From the NCBI GenBank assembly GCA_002405915.1, contig DHMS01000033.1:114895-178894 (forward strand): a stretch of DNA of 64,000 bases. The letters are read 5' to 3'. Positions 17,008 through 27,283 of this stretch are shown in pieces. Every line of letters starts with the position of its first letter. Position 1 is the stretch's first letter. Source of the DNA: Christensenella sp. UBA4636 (lineage in GTDB: Bacteria; Bacillota; Clostridia; Christensenellales; Borkfalkiaceae). A program made the translations under genes and the position numbers. The notes beneath the pieces are model-generated. The model had not been told where the DNA came from and searched no databases. It saw only the letters and a program-made list of their open reading frames with translations.

Positions 17008-18129
17008 TTATTCGCTCAAATTAAGCGCGTAGTTTAAAAGAGCTAATTTAGAGCTGTCGTCGGGCTTTGCCATATAGGCTATCGGCGGGCAGATTACGTT
17101 GACGGGCATTTCTATATATTCGCTGAGCCGCTCTTTGCCGCCGCGTATATAAGATATTCCGCCGCCCGTTAAGGTCACCGCCATGTTGTGCGGCAATTTT
17201 ACGCGGCTTTCCGCCATAGCCTTGTCCACTTGTTCGGCAATGTCGCCGATGACGTTACGAGCAATGTCGTTACAATCCTTTTGCGGAAAAGATAAAATTT
17301 CTTCGCCCCAGGTTATTTCGTACGCGCCCTCGGCGACTTCGGGCACCGACAAATTGAGCCGCCGCTTTATTCTTTCGGCAAGTTCGAAGCTTACGTTCAG
17401 CCTTTCGTAAAGGTAAGCCGTAATGTGTCCGCCGCCTATCGGGAAGGACTTATGATACAAAAGCCCGCCGCCGTAGCAGATTGAGAACGTAGATGTAGTG
17501 TAGCCGACGTCGAGCAGAAGAACGTACGAAAACCGCTCCGACGGGGAGAAAAGAAACAAACTTTCCGCAATCGCAACAGGCACGAACGTTATCTTTTTTA
17601 CGCCGAACGACGAAAACGCGCTTCTTATCGTATCAAGAAAACCTTTTTCGGCAAGAAAGAAGGTAACGTAACCGTTGACGGAAGATGTGGTTTCCTTTAA
17701 CAAACTTTCGACCCGTCTTTCGCCGTCGAGATAGTACATAACGCCGCGGCGGTCTATGACCTCGTAGCCGTTTCTCGCCACCGTGCCGCCCGCTTCCGTT
17801 AAAAATTCGTCCACGTCTTTGGCGCGCAATCTTTTGCGGCGGTTGTAGTAAGTGCGTTGTTGTCTGTTTTCCGTTATCGTGAAATCGCCGGGAACGCCGA
17901 CGAAAATTTCGTCTATTCTGGCTTTCGCCGTTTCCGCGACCGACTTATAAGCCGAGCGCAACGCAAAAACGAGGCTTTGGGGATTATCGAGCGCGCCGTC
18001 GTAAAAACCTTCGTGAGAAACTTCGGAAATCGCTCGTATTATGAAATTTTTATTAACGCCGTTTTCGCCTATCAAGCCCGTGACTTTGGACGAGCCTATA
18101 TCGAAAACCGCGACCGCGTCTTTAAGCAT
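17008..18129 (-). CDS. ftsA: Cell-division protein FtsA
   Basis: ORF 17008..18168. I prefer ATG 18129 (MLKDAVAVFDIGSSKVTGLIGE), which has AAGGAGAG 6 nt upstream and overlaps the ftsQ stop. It has an actin-like ATPase fold pattern and sits between ftsQ and ftsZ. Confidence 0.9.
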   Translation of the reverse strand: MLKDAVAVFDIGSSKVTGLIGENGVNKNFIIRAISEVSHEGFYDGALDNPQSLVFALRSAYKSVAETAKARIDEIFVGVPGDFTITENRQQRTYYNRRKRLRAKDVDEFLTEAGGTVARNGYEVIDRRGVMYYLDGERRVESLLKETTSSVNGYVTFFLAEKGFLDTIRSAFSSFGVKKITFVPVAIAESLFLFSPSERFSYVLLLDVGYTTSTFSICYGGGLLYHKSFPIGGGHITAYLYERLNVSFELAERIKRRLNLSVPEVAEGAYEITWGEEILSFPQKDCNDIARNVIGDIAEQVDKAMAESRVKLPHNMAVTLTGGGISYIRGGKERLSEYIEMPVNVICPPIAYMAKPDDSSKLALLNYALNLSE

Positions 18130-18907
18130 TTTGACTCTCCTTTTCATGCGTGGTGTAAGTTGCAGCAACTTCGCCTTTGACTTCGTTGCAAATTATTATG
18201 CCTTCAGTCTTTTCCCCGTCGGAAAGGGTGTTGTATTTAGCTATGCCCGCTTGGATTTTGGCTTTGCCCTTGTCGAGCGCTTTGCGGACTTCTATAATAA
18301 CTCCGTCGCGGAGCGTAACGTAAACCGTAATATTGCCCTTTTCTTCCTTTCTTTCGAATACGGTGACGGACGAAAGCGCGTCGCGCGGGCTTGCGAAAGA
18401 GGAAATAATATTCGCCGTTACTTCGAGTATTCCGCCATCCGTTACGTTTAGCGTTTGCTTTTCCTTGACTTCCACCTTGTCTATCGTGTCGAAGGAAAGG
18501 ATAATGTTGTCAAGCCCGTCGGGGTTTTTAAGGCTTGTCCTCTTTGCGACGACGGAATATTCCTCGTCGAGGATATAATACGTGCCGTCGCCCGCGGGGA
18601 TAGCAAACCGCTCCTGCCTACCGGTGAGTTCAACCTTAATGGCGTTCGGGTAAACCTTTTTTACGGACTTTACTTTGAGGGAAGTTTCTTCCGTGATTTT
18701 TCTTTCGATTTCCTTAACGCTGACGAACAAGAGGTTGCGCCCTTTGTAAGACGAAAGGACCTCTTCGGCTTTGGCTACTTCGTCGTCCGTATAGACGGAA
18801 TAGTAAGCGTTCACGTCGCGTACGGTAAAAACAACGTGAAAAATCATCGCCGCGAACGCGAGCGTTGTCAAAACCGATAAAATTATAACGAGCCTTGCGT
18901 GCTTCAT
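18122..18907 (-). CDS. ftsQ: Cell-division protein FtsQ/DivIB
   Basis: 261 aa with an N-terminal TM (ARLVIILSVLTTLAFAAMIF), followed by a POTRA-like segment (LLFVSVKEIERKITEETSLKVKSVKKVYPNAIKVEL). It is in the expected dcw position. Confidence 0.8.
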   Translation of the reverse strand: MKHARLVIILSVLTTLAFAAMIFHVVFTVRDVNAYYSVYTDDEVAKAEEVLSSYKGRNLLFVSVKEIERKITEETSLKVKSVKKVYPNAIKVELTGRQERFAIPAGDGTYYILDEEYSVVAKRTSLKNPDGLDNIILSFDTIDKVEVKEKQTLNVTDGGILEVTANIISSFASPRDALSSVTVFERKEEKGNITVYVTLRDGVIIEVRKALDKGKAKIQAGIAKYNTLSDGEKTEGIIICNEVKGEVAATYTTHEKESQNA

Positions 18908-18908
18908 G

Positions 18909-20159
18909 TTATTTTTCCTTAACCCTCGCCCCTAACGAAGCGAGTTTTTTGTCTATTTCGAAATATCCTCTTTCAACGTGGTTCATGCCGGCGATTACGG
19001 AACGCCCTTCCGCGGATAGCGCCGCTATTATGAGCGCCGCGCCGCCGCGTAAATCTTCGGCTTGCATTTCTGCGCCGAAAATATTTTTGCCGTTCACGGT
19101 CACCACTCTGCCGTCCGCCTTTATATCTGCGCCCGTCTTTAAAAGTTCTTTTACGTAGTCGAAACGGGAATCGAACACGGCTTCGGTTAAAACCGTTTTA
19201 CCTTGAGCGGAACATGCCGCCGCGACGAGCTGCGGATGCAAATCGGTCGGGAAGCCCGGGTAGGGCGCCGTTATTATTTTGCCGTAGCCCGCGCGCGTTG
19301 AAAAAGTCTGTATATATATATTATCATCTTTTTGGGTGATTTGGCAAGTGTTATAACGAATTTTCTCGACAAGCGGCAAAATATTTCCTAAATTTGCGCC
19401 TTTTAAAAGGGCTTCGCCGCCAGTGGAAAGCACCGCAAGCAAAAAAGTTCCCGTTTCTATCCTATCCTCGATGGGCGTAAAGGAAAAACCGCCGTACAAA
19501 TTTTTAACGCCGTCAACCCTTATAACGTCCGTTCCCGCGCCGCTAATGTTCGCTCCCGCGCGGCGCAAAAAGCTTTGCAGATCTACTATTTCCGGTTCCT
19601 TTGCGGCGTTTCTTATAAGCGTTACGCCGTCGGCAAGGGTAGCCGCCATCATTAAGTTTTCGGTCGCGCCTACGCTCGGGTATCTAAGCACCACATTGCC
19701 GCCCGTAAGAGAGGGCGCGAAAAAGTTCAACGCCTCTTCCGTTTCGAAAGCGTTAACGCCGATTTTCTTTAAGGCTTCGATATGTATGTCCACGGGGCGC
19801 GCGCCTATTTTGCACCCGCCGGGGCGCGGAACGCAAGCGACTTTGAAACGAGAAACGAGCGCGCCGACCGTAAAGAACGACGCGCGTATTTTTTGCGTGA
19901 GAGTTTTTGATAGGCGAGTAGAAAAAACGTCGGTCGAATCTATGTACGCGCCGTCCTGTTTGAACACGACTTTCGCGCCGAGCGAACGCAAGATATCGCC
20001 CATCACGAAAACGTCGCCGATAGCGGGGCAGTCGTTAATAAAAACTTCGCCGCGTATCATAAGGCTTGCAGCCATTAGCGCGAGAACGGAATTTTTCGCC
20101 CTCGATATCTTCACCTCTCCGCTTAGCTTCTTGCCGCCGTCGATTATGAGTTCACGCAT
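18909..20159 (-). CDS. murA: UDP-N-acetylglucosamine 1-carboxyvinyltransferase MurA
   Basis: ORF 18909..20168 begins with GTG. The ATG at 20159 (MRELIIDGGKKLSGEVKISRAKNS) has AAGGTG upstream. The active-site Cys context RPGGCKIGARPVDIH is present. Confidence 0.9.
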   Translation of the reverse strand: MRELIIDGGKKLSGEVKISRAKNSVLALMAASLMIRGEVFINDCPAIGDVFVMGDILRSLGAKVVFKQDGAYIDSTDVFSTRLSKTLTQKIRASFFTVGALVSRFKVACVPRPGGCKIGARPVDIHIEALKKIGVNAFETEEALNFFAPSLTGGNVVLRYPSVGATENLMMAATLADGVTLIRNAAKEPEIVDLQSFLRRAGANISGAGTDVIRVDGVKNLYGGFSFTPIEDRIETGTFLLAVLSTGGEALLKGANLGNILPLVEKIRYNTCQITQKDDNIYIQTFSTRAGYGKIITAPYPGFPTDLHPQLVAAACSAQGKTVLTEAVFDSRFDYVKELLKTGADIKADGRVVTVNGKNIFGAEMQAEDLRGGAALIIAALSAEGRSVIAGMNHVERGYFEIDKKLASLGARVKEK

Positions 20160-20180
20160 TAAAAACACCTTTATTACAGT

Positions 20181-21326
20181 TTATGCGCTAATGCGGGGCG
20201 GAAGTGTGTTTCCGCGTTTTATCATTACTTCCGCCTTTCCTCTTGCGGAAATGTTGTAAAGCACACCGAACGCCGCCATGTTGACTACGAGCGACGTGTT
20301 GCCGGAGGAAACGAGCGGAAAAGGTATGCCCGTCGGCGGCACGCTTCCGCTCACTACGAGCGCGTTCACGACGACTTGAAGAAAAAACGACGAGCTTATA
20401 CCTACGGCTAAAAGATAGCCGAATAAGTCCGACGCGTTTTTCGCGGCTTTTATACCGCGCCAAGCAAGGACGAAACTTGCAAAAAGTAGGGCTATAACGC
20501 CGATAAAGCCCAATTCTTCGCCTATAACGGACAGGATAAAATCGCTCTCCGAGAATGGCAAAAAACGGTATTTTTGCCGTGAATTGAAAAGTCCCGAACC
20601 GAAAAATCCGCCGTTTCCGAGTCCGTAAAGAGATTGTATAAGCTGGTAACCTTCGCCCTTAGGGGTAGCCCACGGGTCCAAAAACGCGACGAGCCGTTTG
20701 AGCCTGTACGGCTCCATGATTATGAGAACGGGAACGAGCGCGAGGGCGGGAACGAGGATAATTAAAAAGGTTTTTATCTTTACTCCCGCGGCGAACAAGA
20801 CGACTAAAAGCGTTGCCGCAACGCACACCGTTACCGACATATTCGGCTCTAACATTATTAAAACCGCGCACGCGCCGCCCGCGAGAAGCGGCACCGAAAC
20901 GCCTTTAAAACTCCTTGCGCTTTCGGGCTTTTTCGCAAAATACGCCGCTAAAAACATTACGAGAAAAAGCCGCGCGAACTCCGACGGTTGAATGGTAAAA
21001 AGCCGCAGATTTATCCAGCGCGACGCGCCGTAAACCTTTACTCCAAGCCCCGGAACAAAGACGAGCGCAAGCAGCAAAAGTCCGCATAAATAAAGCCATT
21101 TTGCGGCTTTAAAGTACTTTTTATAATCAAAGTGCATCGTCAAAAACATTGCTATAAGCCCGCCGAAGAACCCGACGAGCTGTTTTAAGGCAAAGTAAAA
21201 GCCGTTGCCGTAATCTTCCTCGCCGACGTAGCGGGAAGCCGAGTACACGGCTACCACACCGAAGAGAGCGATAGCGGCAACGACTATCGGAATAATTATA
21301 TCCCCTTTTACGCGTTTAATTTTCAT
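20181..21326 (-). CDS. ftsW: SEDS-family peptidoglycan polymerase FtsW/SpoVE/RodA
   Basis: 381-aa polytopic membrane protein in the dcw position after murD. It contains the typical SEDS-type segment FLPFSESDFILSVIGEELGFIG. Confidence 0.85.
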   Translation of the reverse strand: MKIKRVKGDIIIPIVVAAIALFGVVAVYSASRYVGEEDYGNGFYFALKQLVGFFGGLIAMFLTMHFDYKKYFKAAKWLYLCGLLLLALVFVPGLGVKVYGASRWINLRLFTIQPSEFARLFLVMFLAAYFAKKPESARSFKGVSVPLLAGGACAVLIMLEPNMSVTVCVAATLLVVLFAAGVKIKTFLIILVPALALVPVLIIMEPYRLKRLVAFLDPWATPKGEGYQLIQSLYGLGNGGFFGSGLFNSRQKYRFLPFSESDFILSVIGEELGFIGVIALLFASFVLAWRGIKAAKNASDLFGYLLAVGISSSFFLQVVVNALVVSGSVPPTGIPFPLVSSGNTSLVVNMAAFGVLYNISARGKAEVMIKRGNTLPPRISA

Positions 21327-22665
21327 AAAGCGACTTTACAATCCTCTCGAACTCCGTACCCCTTTCGGCGTAATCGTAAAAACAATCGAACGAAGCGCAA
21401 GCGGGGCTTAAAAGCACGTCGTTTTTCTCTTTAGCCTCTATCTTCGCAATCTTTATCGCGCTTTCAAAGGACGGGGTCACCGAAATGTTTTTATATCCCG
21501 CCGCTTCGCTTGCCGAAAGCATTTTGAATCTGCTTGCGCCGGTTAAAACGGCATGCACCGCAAAACTTCCGTTTAAAGCCGAAAAAAGCGGCGTAAAGTC
21601 TTGATTTTTATCGTACCCGCCGAGTATTAAAACGGTAGGCTTTTTAAGCGCGGATATTGCTTTAAGGGTCGAATCGACGTTAGTCGCTTTTGAGTCGTTA
21701 TAATAATTTACCTTGCCCGCCGTGTAGATTAACTCTATGCGGTGTCTAACGCCTTTGAAAGTCGAAAAAGCTTTGACGATATCTTCGTTTTTCACGTTTA
21801 AAATCTTTAAAACGGCAATAGCCGCCAAAGCGTTCTTTTCGTTATGTAAGCCGCTTAAAGTAAAGGACTTTAAGTCGAAAACCTTTTCGCCGTAAAAATA
21901 AAGCTCGTCGCCCTTTTTGTACGCGCCGTCGACTTCCTTTTCGGTAGAAAACCAGACGGGCTTAAAACGCGCGTTTTCGGCAAAATTCCTCGTTACTTCG
22001 TCGTCGTAGTTTAACACGGCGTATTCGCTTTCACGCAGGTTGGCAAGCAATTTTTTCTTTAAAAACTTGTAATTTTCAAAGGTGTAATGGCGGTCGAGAT
22101 GATCGGGCGTAACGTTCAAAACGGCGGCGATATGCGGCGTGAATGACGAAAGCGTTTCAAGCTGAAAGGAAGAAACTTCCGTCACCGCGACAGGGTAGGA
22201 AAGCGCGTTTATTTCGTCCGACTTAGAGGTGAGCGGCACGCCTATGTTGCCAACGAGGAAACTCTTTTCGTTCGCCGTTTGAAGCGCGGCGTTAATTAGC
22301 GAACAAGTCGTAGTTTTTCCGTTGGTACCCGTGACGGCGACGAACGTGGCGCGCGAAAAGAGATAGCCGAGTTCGAGTTCGCCCGTTATCCGTTTGCCCA
22401 TGCGTTTTGCTTTGACGACGAGCGGATTATCGATAGGCACGCCCGGCGAAAGAACGACGACGTCGCTGTTTCTTATGAAATTTTCGGGTGAATCGAGAGC
22501 GGAAACGCAACCCTTTTCCGATAGGTAGCGCATTGTTTTTTCTATTCTCGGCGCGCCGTCGTCATATGCGAAAACGGTTGCGCCCAAGCCAAGCAGTTTT
22601 TCTGCGACCGCTCTGCCGCTTAAAGAAAGCCCGAACACTAAGAATTTTTGCCTTTTAAAATCCAT
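21316..22665 (-). CDS. murD: UDP-N-acetylmuramoylalanine--D-glutamate ligase MurD
   Basis: 449 aa. It has an N-terminal Rossmann segment (FLVFGLSLSGRAVAEKLLGLGATVFAYDD) and the Mur ligase P-loop VTGTNGKTTT. Confidence 0.9.
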   Translation of the reverse strand: MDFKRQKFLVFGLSLSGRAVAEKLLGLGATVFAYDDGAPRIEKTMRYLSEKGCVSALDSPENFIRNSDVVVLSPGVPIDNPLVVKAKRMGKRITGELELGYLFSRATFVAVTGTNGKTTTCSLINAALQTANEKSFLVGNIGVPLTSKSDEINALSYPVAVTEVSSFQLETLSSFTPHIAAVLNVTPDHLDRHYTFENYKFLKKKLLANLRESEYAVLNYDDEVTRNFAENARFKPVWFSTEKEVDGAYKKGDELYFYGEKVFDLKSFTLSGLHNEKNALAAIAVLKILNVKNEDIVKAFSTFKGVRHRIELIYTAGKVNYYNDSKATNVDSTLKAISALKKPTVLILGGYDKNQDFTPLFSALNGSFAVHAVLTGASRFKMLSASEAAGYKNISVTPSFESAIKIAKIEAKEKNDVLLSPACASFDCFYDYAERGTEFERIVKSLYEN

Positions 22666-22701
22666 AAAAAATTTTCTCCTTATATTATTATTGAAAGAGT
22701 T

Positions 22702-23649
22702 TTAGCGTAAAAAACAGACGAGAGAAGCGCAGACGGAAAGCAAAAAATAAAGTATGGCGACGCGCGGTTCCGACCACGAAGAGTGTTGCAAATGGTGGTG
22801 AAAGGGAGCCATTTTGAACGCTCTCCTTTTTGTTCGCTTATAGTGCAAAACTTGAATTATCACGCTTACGCCCGAGATAACGAAACACACGCCCGAAAGC
22901 GCGGAATAGAGCGCGCAACCCGAAAAGCAAGCGATACTCGACACCGCCGCGCCGATTGCAAGCGAGCCGCAGTCGCCCATAAAAACTTTTGCGGGATAAA
23001 CGTTGAAGAACAAAAACCCGACGAGCGAAAACGCGAAAATTACGGCATATATGCTCAATCCGTTTTCGCCACCCTTCAAAAACGCAAGCGCGCCCACGCA
23101 AAGGAGAACGGGAAAGGAAGCGGACGAAGCAAGCCCGTCAAGTCCGTCGGTTAAGTTAACGCAATTTGTGAGAGATAAAAACACGAACGCGACGAACGGA
23201 AAGTACCATATTCCGATATTAAAAGACAAATCGGTAAAAGGCAAAAAGACGTAAGTTTTTTCCGTTCTCACCGCAAACGCCGCCGCGACTAACGCGCCTA
23301 AAAGCTCAAAAATTATCTTTTGCCACGGCGTTAAGCCCTCGTTGCGCGAAAACTTTATCTTGATAAAATCGTCGGCAAAACCGACGGCGGCGTAAAAAAG
23401 AGTTAAGCCGCACGCGACGAGCGTAGTCATGTTGAAGCCCGTGAAAAAAGCGGCAAGGATAACGGACGGGATAACGAAAATTATTCCGCCCATCGTCGGC
23501 GTACCCGATTTTTTGTTGTGTTCGGGAACGTATTTGTTTATCGGTTGCCCCGCCTTTAATTTCTTTAATAGCGGCAGAAATATAAAGCCGAAAACAAGGC
23601 TTAACGACAGAGAAACGAGCGAAGATACGACTAATTTTTGAAGCGGCAT
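22702..23649 (-). CDS. mraY: Phospho-N-acetylmuramoyl-pentapeptide transferase MraY
   Basis: 315-aa polytopic membrane protein with GTPTMGG, NLTDGLDGLA and FMGDCGSLAIG motifs. Confidence 0.95.
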   Translation of the reverse strand: MPLQKLVVSSLVSLSLSLVFGFIFLPLLKKLKAGQPINKYVPEHNKKSGTPTMGGIIFVIPSVILAAFFTGFNMTTLVACGLTLFYAAVGFADDFIKIKFSRNEGLTPWQKIIFELLGALVAAAFAVRTEKTYVFLPFTDLSFNIGIWYFPFVAFVFLSLTNCVNLTDGLDGLASSASFPVLLCVGALAFLKGGENGLSIYAVIFAFSLVGFLFFNVYPAKVFMGDCGSLAIGAAVSSIACFSGCALYSALSGVCFVISGVSVIIQVLHYKRTKRRAFKMAPFHHHLQHSSWSEPRVAILYFLLSVCASLVCFLR

Positions 23650-23650
23650 A

Positions 23651-25084
23651 TCAACCTCCGCACTCTTTTGCTATTTCCGTTATAAGCCGTTTATCCGAAA
23701 AGTAATGTTTTATACCCATAATTTCCTGGTACTCCTCCGCCCCTTTGCCGGCAACGAGCAGACAATCGCCGTCGCAAAGCATGTTAAGGGCGTATTTTAT
23801 AGCCGTTTCGCGGTTTTCGATGCAGACGTAATCGCGCGTGGATTCCCTAAGCCCCGTTTCCGCGCGGCGGATAATAAGCATAGGGTCCTCGTAACGCGGA
23901 TTGTCGGAAGTTAAAATAACGAAGTCGGCGATATCGCCCGCGACCCTGCCCATTGCGGGGCGTTTTTCCTCGTCGCGGTTTCCGCCGCAACCGAACAGAC
24001 AGTAAAGGTTGCCTTTACATATTTTGCGCAAGAAAAGCAAGCTTTTTTCAAGCCCGTCGGGCGTGTGCGCGTAGTCGACGAAAACTTTACCGCGCGGGTA
24101 GAAAACTTCTTCCATTCGCCCGGGAACACGCTTAGACGAAGAAAGCCCTCTGCCTATCTGTTCCGCGCTAAGCCCCAATGCCGCGGCGGCGCAAGCGGCG
24201 GCAAGACCGTTATACACGTTAAAAAGCCCTAAAAGCGGCGTTTTCACCTCGTAAAGCTTGTCGAAAACGTTCATTATATAGCAAAGCCCGTCCGCAGTTT
24301 CCTTTACGTTCACGGCGAAAACGTCCGACGGGGTTTTTATGCCGTAGGTTATACTCGGCTCCTTCCTCGCAATTTTACGCCCCGTTTCGTCGTCTGCGTT
24401 GACGACTAAAAACTCCGCCCTCGTCTTATTCATTATGCTCGTTTTAACGCTTTCGTAAACGGAAAACGTTTTAAAATAATCGAGATGGTCGGGCGTGCAG
24501 TTCGTAAAGACAAGCACGGAAAAGAAGATAGGGTCGACCTTTTTTTGCGCGATTGCGTGCGCCGAAACTTCCATGACGACGTACTCCGCGCCCCGTTTAC
24601 AAAGCTCGTCGAGATAATAATAAAGTAAATGCGGGTCGGGCGTGGTGTGGCTTGTCGCGCCGCTAAACGACGGGTAGCTTACGCCGAGCGTGCCTATAAC
24701 CGCCGCCCGAAAACCGTTCGAATTAAGGATATCGCTAAGCACGCGGCAGACGGTCGTTTTGCCGTTGGTGCCTACCGCGCCTATGATTTTTAGCTTTTTC
24801 TGAGGGTTATCGTAAAACGTCGCGCTAAAAAACGCGTAAGCTTTTCGCGCGTTATCCACGATTATGCAGTTTACGCCCGCCCTTTCCTTTTCTGTTACGA
24901 CCGCTACCGCGCCGTTTTTGACGGCTTCGTCGATAAAATTTTCGCCGTCCGAGCTTTCGCCAGAGAGCGCGAAAAACAAGCCGTTGCGCACCTTTTTGCC
25001 CGAGAAAATAAAAAGTTCTTCTATCTCTAAATCGCGATATTCGCTTTTTACGGGATAATCCCCGACTATCTGCTTTATTCTCAT
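23651..25084 (-). CDS. murE: UDP-MurNAc-L-Ala-D-Glu:meso-diaminopimelate ligase MurE
   Basis: 477 aa with the P-loop GTNGKTT and the DNPR motif (TSDNPRYEDP), which indicates DAP-type specificity. Confidence 0.9.
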   Translation of the reverse strand: MRIKQIVGDYPVKSEYRDLEIEELFIFSGKKVRNGLFFALSGESSDGENFIDEAVKNGAVAVVTEKERAGVNCIIVDNARKAYAFFSATFYDNPQKKLKIIGAVGTNGKTTVCRVLSDILNSNGFRAAVIGTLGVSYPSFSGATSHTTPDPHLLYYYLDELCKRGAEYVVMEVSAHAIAQKKVDPIFFSVLVFTNCTPDHLDYFKTFSVYESVKTSIMNKTRAEFLVVNADDETGRKIARKEPSITYGIKTPSDVFAVNVKETADGLCYIMNVFDKLYEVKTPLLGLFNVYNGLAAACAAAALGLSAEQIGRGLSSSKRVPGRMEEVFYPRGKVFVDYAHTPDGLEKSLLFLRKICKGNLYCLFGCGGNRDEEKRPAMGRVAGDIADFVILTSDNPRYEDPMLIIRRAETGLRESTRDYVCIENRETAIKYALNMLCDGDCLLVAGKGAEEYQEIMGIKHYFSDKRLITEIAKECGG

Positions 25085-25095
25085 TTTTCCTGCCT

Positions 25096-26871
25096 TTAAG
25101 CCGATTTTTGTTCGCTCGGCTTGATTCTTTTTACTTTGATTATGCCTTCGAAAACTTCCTTGACGATAGGCGCGGCGACGGTGGAGCCGTACATTCCGCC
25201 GACCGGTTCGTCGACTACGGCAAGGGCTAAGTAGCGAGGACTGTCCGACGGGAAAAAGCCGACGAAGCTCATAACGTACTTGCCTTGCGCTATCCGCCCG
25301 TTTTCGTACTTTTGCGCCGTACCCGTTTTGCCGCCGACCTTGTAACCCTCTATATACGCTTGCTTGCCGCTCCCCTCGCTAACTACCCGCTCTAAGTACG
25401 AGCTTAGTATCGAAGAAGCTTGTTTGCTTGCGACCGTGCGTTTGAGTTTAGGCTCAGTTTCGACGACCGTTTTGCCGTCCAGCGTGATTTTTTCGACGAA
25501 GCTCGGCGCATAATACTTTCCGCCGTTGACCGCAGCAGAAGCCGCCGCGGCAAGTTGCAAAGGCGTTACCGCTATCGTTTGCCCGAAAGAAATTCTCGCT
25601 AAATCCCCGTCGGTTACCGCCGATACGGGAACGACCATGCCCGCCGCTTCGCCGGGGAAGTCCACGCCCGTCGTTTTACCGAAGTTAAGCCCCGTTATAT
25701 ACTCGTACATTTTGGATTTACCGAGCGCGAGCGCGATATCGACGAAGCACGGGTTGCACGAATTGTTCAAGGCTTCCGAAAGCCTTTCGTTTGAGTGCCG
25801 CCCGTTTGCATGGCTTGCCCAACACTTTATTTTTTTGCCGCCGACGACGCGATAACGCGAAGAATCGAAAACGTAATCGAGCGGAAGAGCGTTTTTGTTG
25901 CCCGAAAGCGTTTCTTCGATGTCCGCAAGCGAAGTGACGATTTTAAACGTCGACCCCGGTTCGTAGGAGTCTGCTACTACGGTGTTACGTGAAAGCGCGT
26001 TTAAAGCCGCCAAATCGTCGCGCGGCGGCGAATTAAGGTCGAATGCGGGGTAAGTCGCAAGCGCGCGTATTCGCCCCGTAGACGGCTCTAAAACGACCAC
26101 CGACGAGCTTTTAGGCGTGTACTTTTCGTACGCCGCGGCGACAGCCTTTTCGGTTATGAGTTGAATATCCAAATCTATCGAAAGCGTTACGTCAAGCCCG
26201 TCCGTCGCCTCTATATAGGACGGTTTTCTGCCTTCTATATCCTTGCCGACAAGGTCGGATTCATATAGAATTTCGCCGTTTGTGCCGCGCAAAAACTCGT
26301 CGTAATACTTTTCTATGCCCGTTTGCCCTAATCCGTCGGCGTTAGTGTAGCCGATAACGCGGGATAAAACCTCGTTGTACGGGTAAACGCGCTTTGACTC
26401 GGGCGAAAAATACACGCCGTCAAGCGAATAATCTTCGAGCGAAAACGCAACCTCTTTTTCGACGTTCCCCTTTATTTTTACTTCCGAGGACTTTGCGTTT
26501 TTTATTTTTGCTTCGACTTCGGCTTTGTTAAGAGAAAGCGCGGAAGAAAGAGCCGAGCTAACCGCTTCGATATCGGCGACGGAGCGCGGGCGCACGTACA
26601 CGCCGTAAACGGTTGCGCTCGTTGCTAAAACTCTGCCCGCGCTATCGAAAATTTCGCCGCGCCTTGCTTTTATCGGCAGTTCCCTCGTCCACTGGTCTAT
26701 CGCCTTTGCTTTAAGTTTGTCGCCGTCGACCGCGGTTACCAGAAAAAAGCGGACGGCGATGATTAAAAACAAAAAGATTGCCGCCAAAACAATTGCGGTC
26801 AATCTCTTTCGTAAAGTCGTTACGGATAGTTTTATTTCCTTGCTTTCCAACGCTTTTCCTTTTCGCGGCAT
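25096..26871 (-). CDS. Class B penicillin-binding protein (FtsI/PBP2B/SpoVD-type transpeptidase)
   Basis: 591 aa with an N-terminal TM anchor and the transpeptidase motifs STFK (GSTFKIVTS), SCN (NNSCNP) and KTGT (GGKTGTAQ). Confidence 0.9.
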   Translation of the reverse strand: MPRKGKALESKEIKLSVTTLRKRLTAIVLAAIFLFLIIAVRFFLVTAVDGDKLKAKAIDQWTRELPIKARRGEIFDSAGRVLATSATVYGVYVRPRSVADIEAVSSALSSALSLNKAEVEAKIKNAKSSEVKIKGNVEKEVAFSLEDYSLDGVYFSPESKRVYPYNEVLSRVIGYTNADGLGQTGIEKYYDEFLRGTNGEILYESDLVGKDIEGRKPSYIEATDGLDVTLSIDLDIQLITEKAVAAAYEKYTPKSSSVVVLEPSTGRIRALATYPAFDLNSPPRDDLAALNALSRNTVVADSYEPGSTFKIVTSLADIEETLSGNKNALPLDYVFDSSRYRVVGGKKIKCWASHANGRHSNERLSEALNNSCNPCFVDIALALGKSKMYEYITGLNFGKTTGVDFPGEAAGMVVPVSAVTDGDLARISFGQTIAVTPLQLAAAASAAVNGGKYYAPSFVEKITLDGKTVVETEPKLKRTVASKQASSILSSYLERVVSEGSGKQAYIEGYKVGGKTGTAQKYENGRIAQGKYVMSFVGFFPSDSPRYLALAVVDEPVGGMYGSTVAAPIVKEVFEGIIKVKRIKPSEQKSA

Positions 26872-27155
26872 ATAAAAACCTCGACATTTTTAATAGATAA
26901 TCTTTTACTCTATTATATCTATTCCTTCGGTCGCGGATTATGATTAGTTTAGCGAATTTTGTCTTTTTTTATCGCTTTACGATAATGCATTGGCTTGTTT
27001 GAGTATGCGTTTTTTTGCTTAAAAACTTTTTTGTTTTTTCTCGTTATTTTGCTTGACTTTTTATTTGCAGGTCTCATCCACCGTCGCCGCGACGACGGCC
27101 CCCCTTCTCCGCAAAGCTCGGCAAAGCCGAGCGGGCGAAGGTCGGCGTGGGAATG

Positions 27156-27221
27156 CTTTCAACTTTCAATTTTCAACTTTCAACTTTCAACTTTCAATTT
27201 TCAACTTTCAACTTTCAACTT
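27156..27221. repeat. Tandem heptamer satellite (CTTTCAA/TTTTCAA), about 9.4 units
   Basis: Read directly from the sequence: CTTTCAA CTTTCAA TTTTCAA CTTTCAA CTTTCAA CTTTCAA TTTTCAA CTTTCAA CTTTCAA CTT. A GC-rich hairpin pair precedes it at 27079-27140. The same motif recurs at 60785-60805. Confidence 0.9.
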
Positions 27222-27283
27222 CCTGTCATGAGGGCGGAGAGTGAAGAGAATTGACACAACAGGCAAAAACATCGCGCAGGCGC

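Noticed and set aside
26995-27244. ORFs translating to FNFQLSTFNFQLS...
   Set aside because: They are simply the heptamer satellite read in frame. They have no start context and the peptide is repetitive nonsense.
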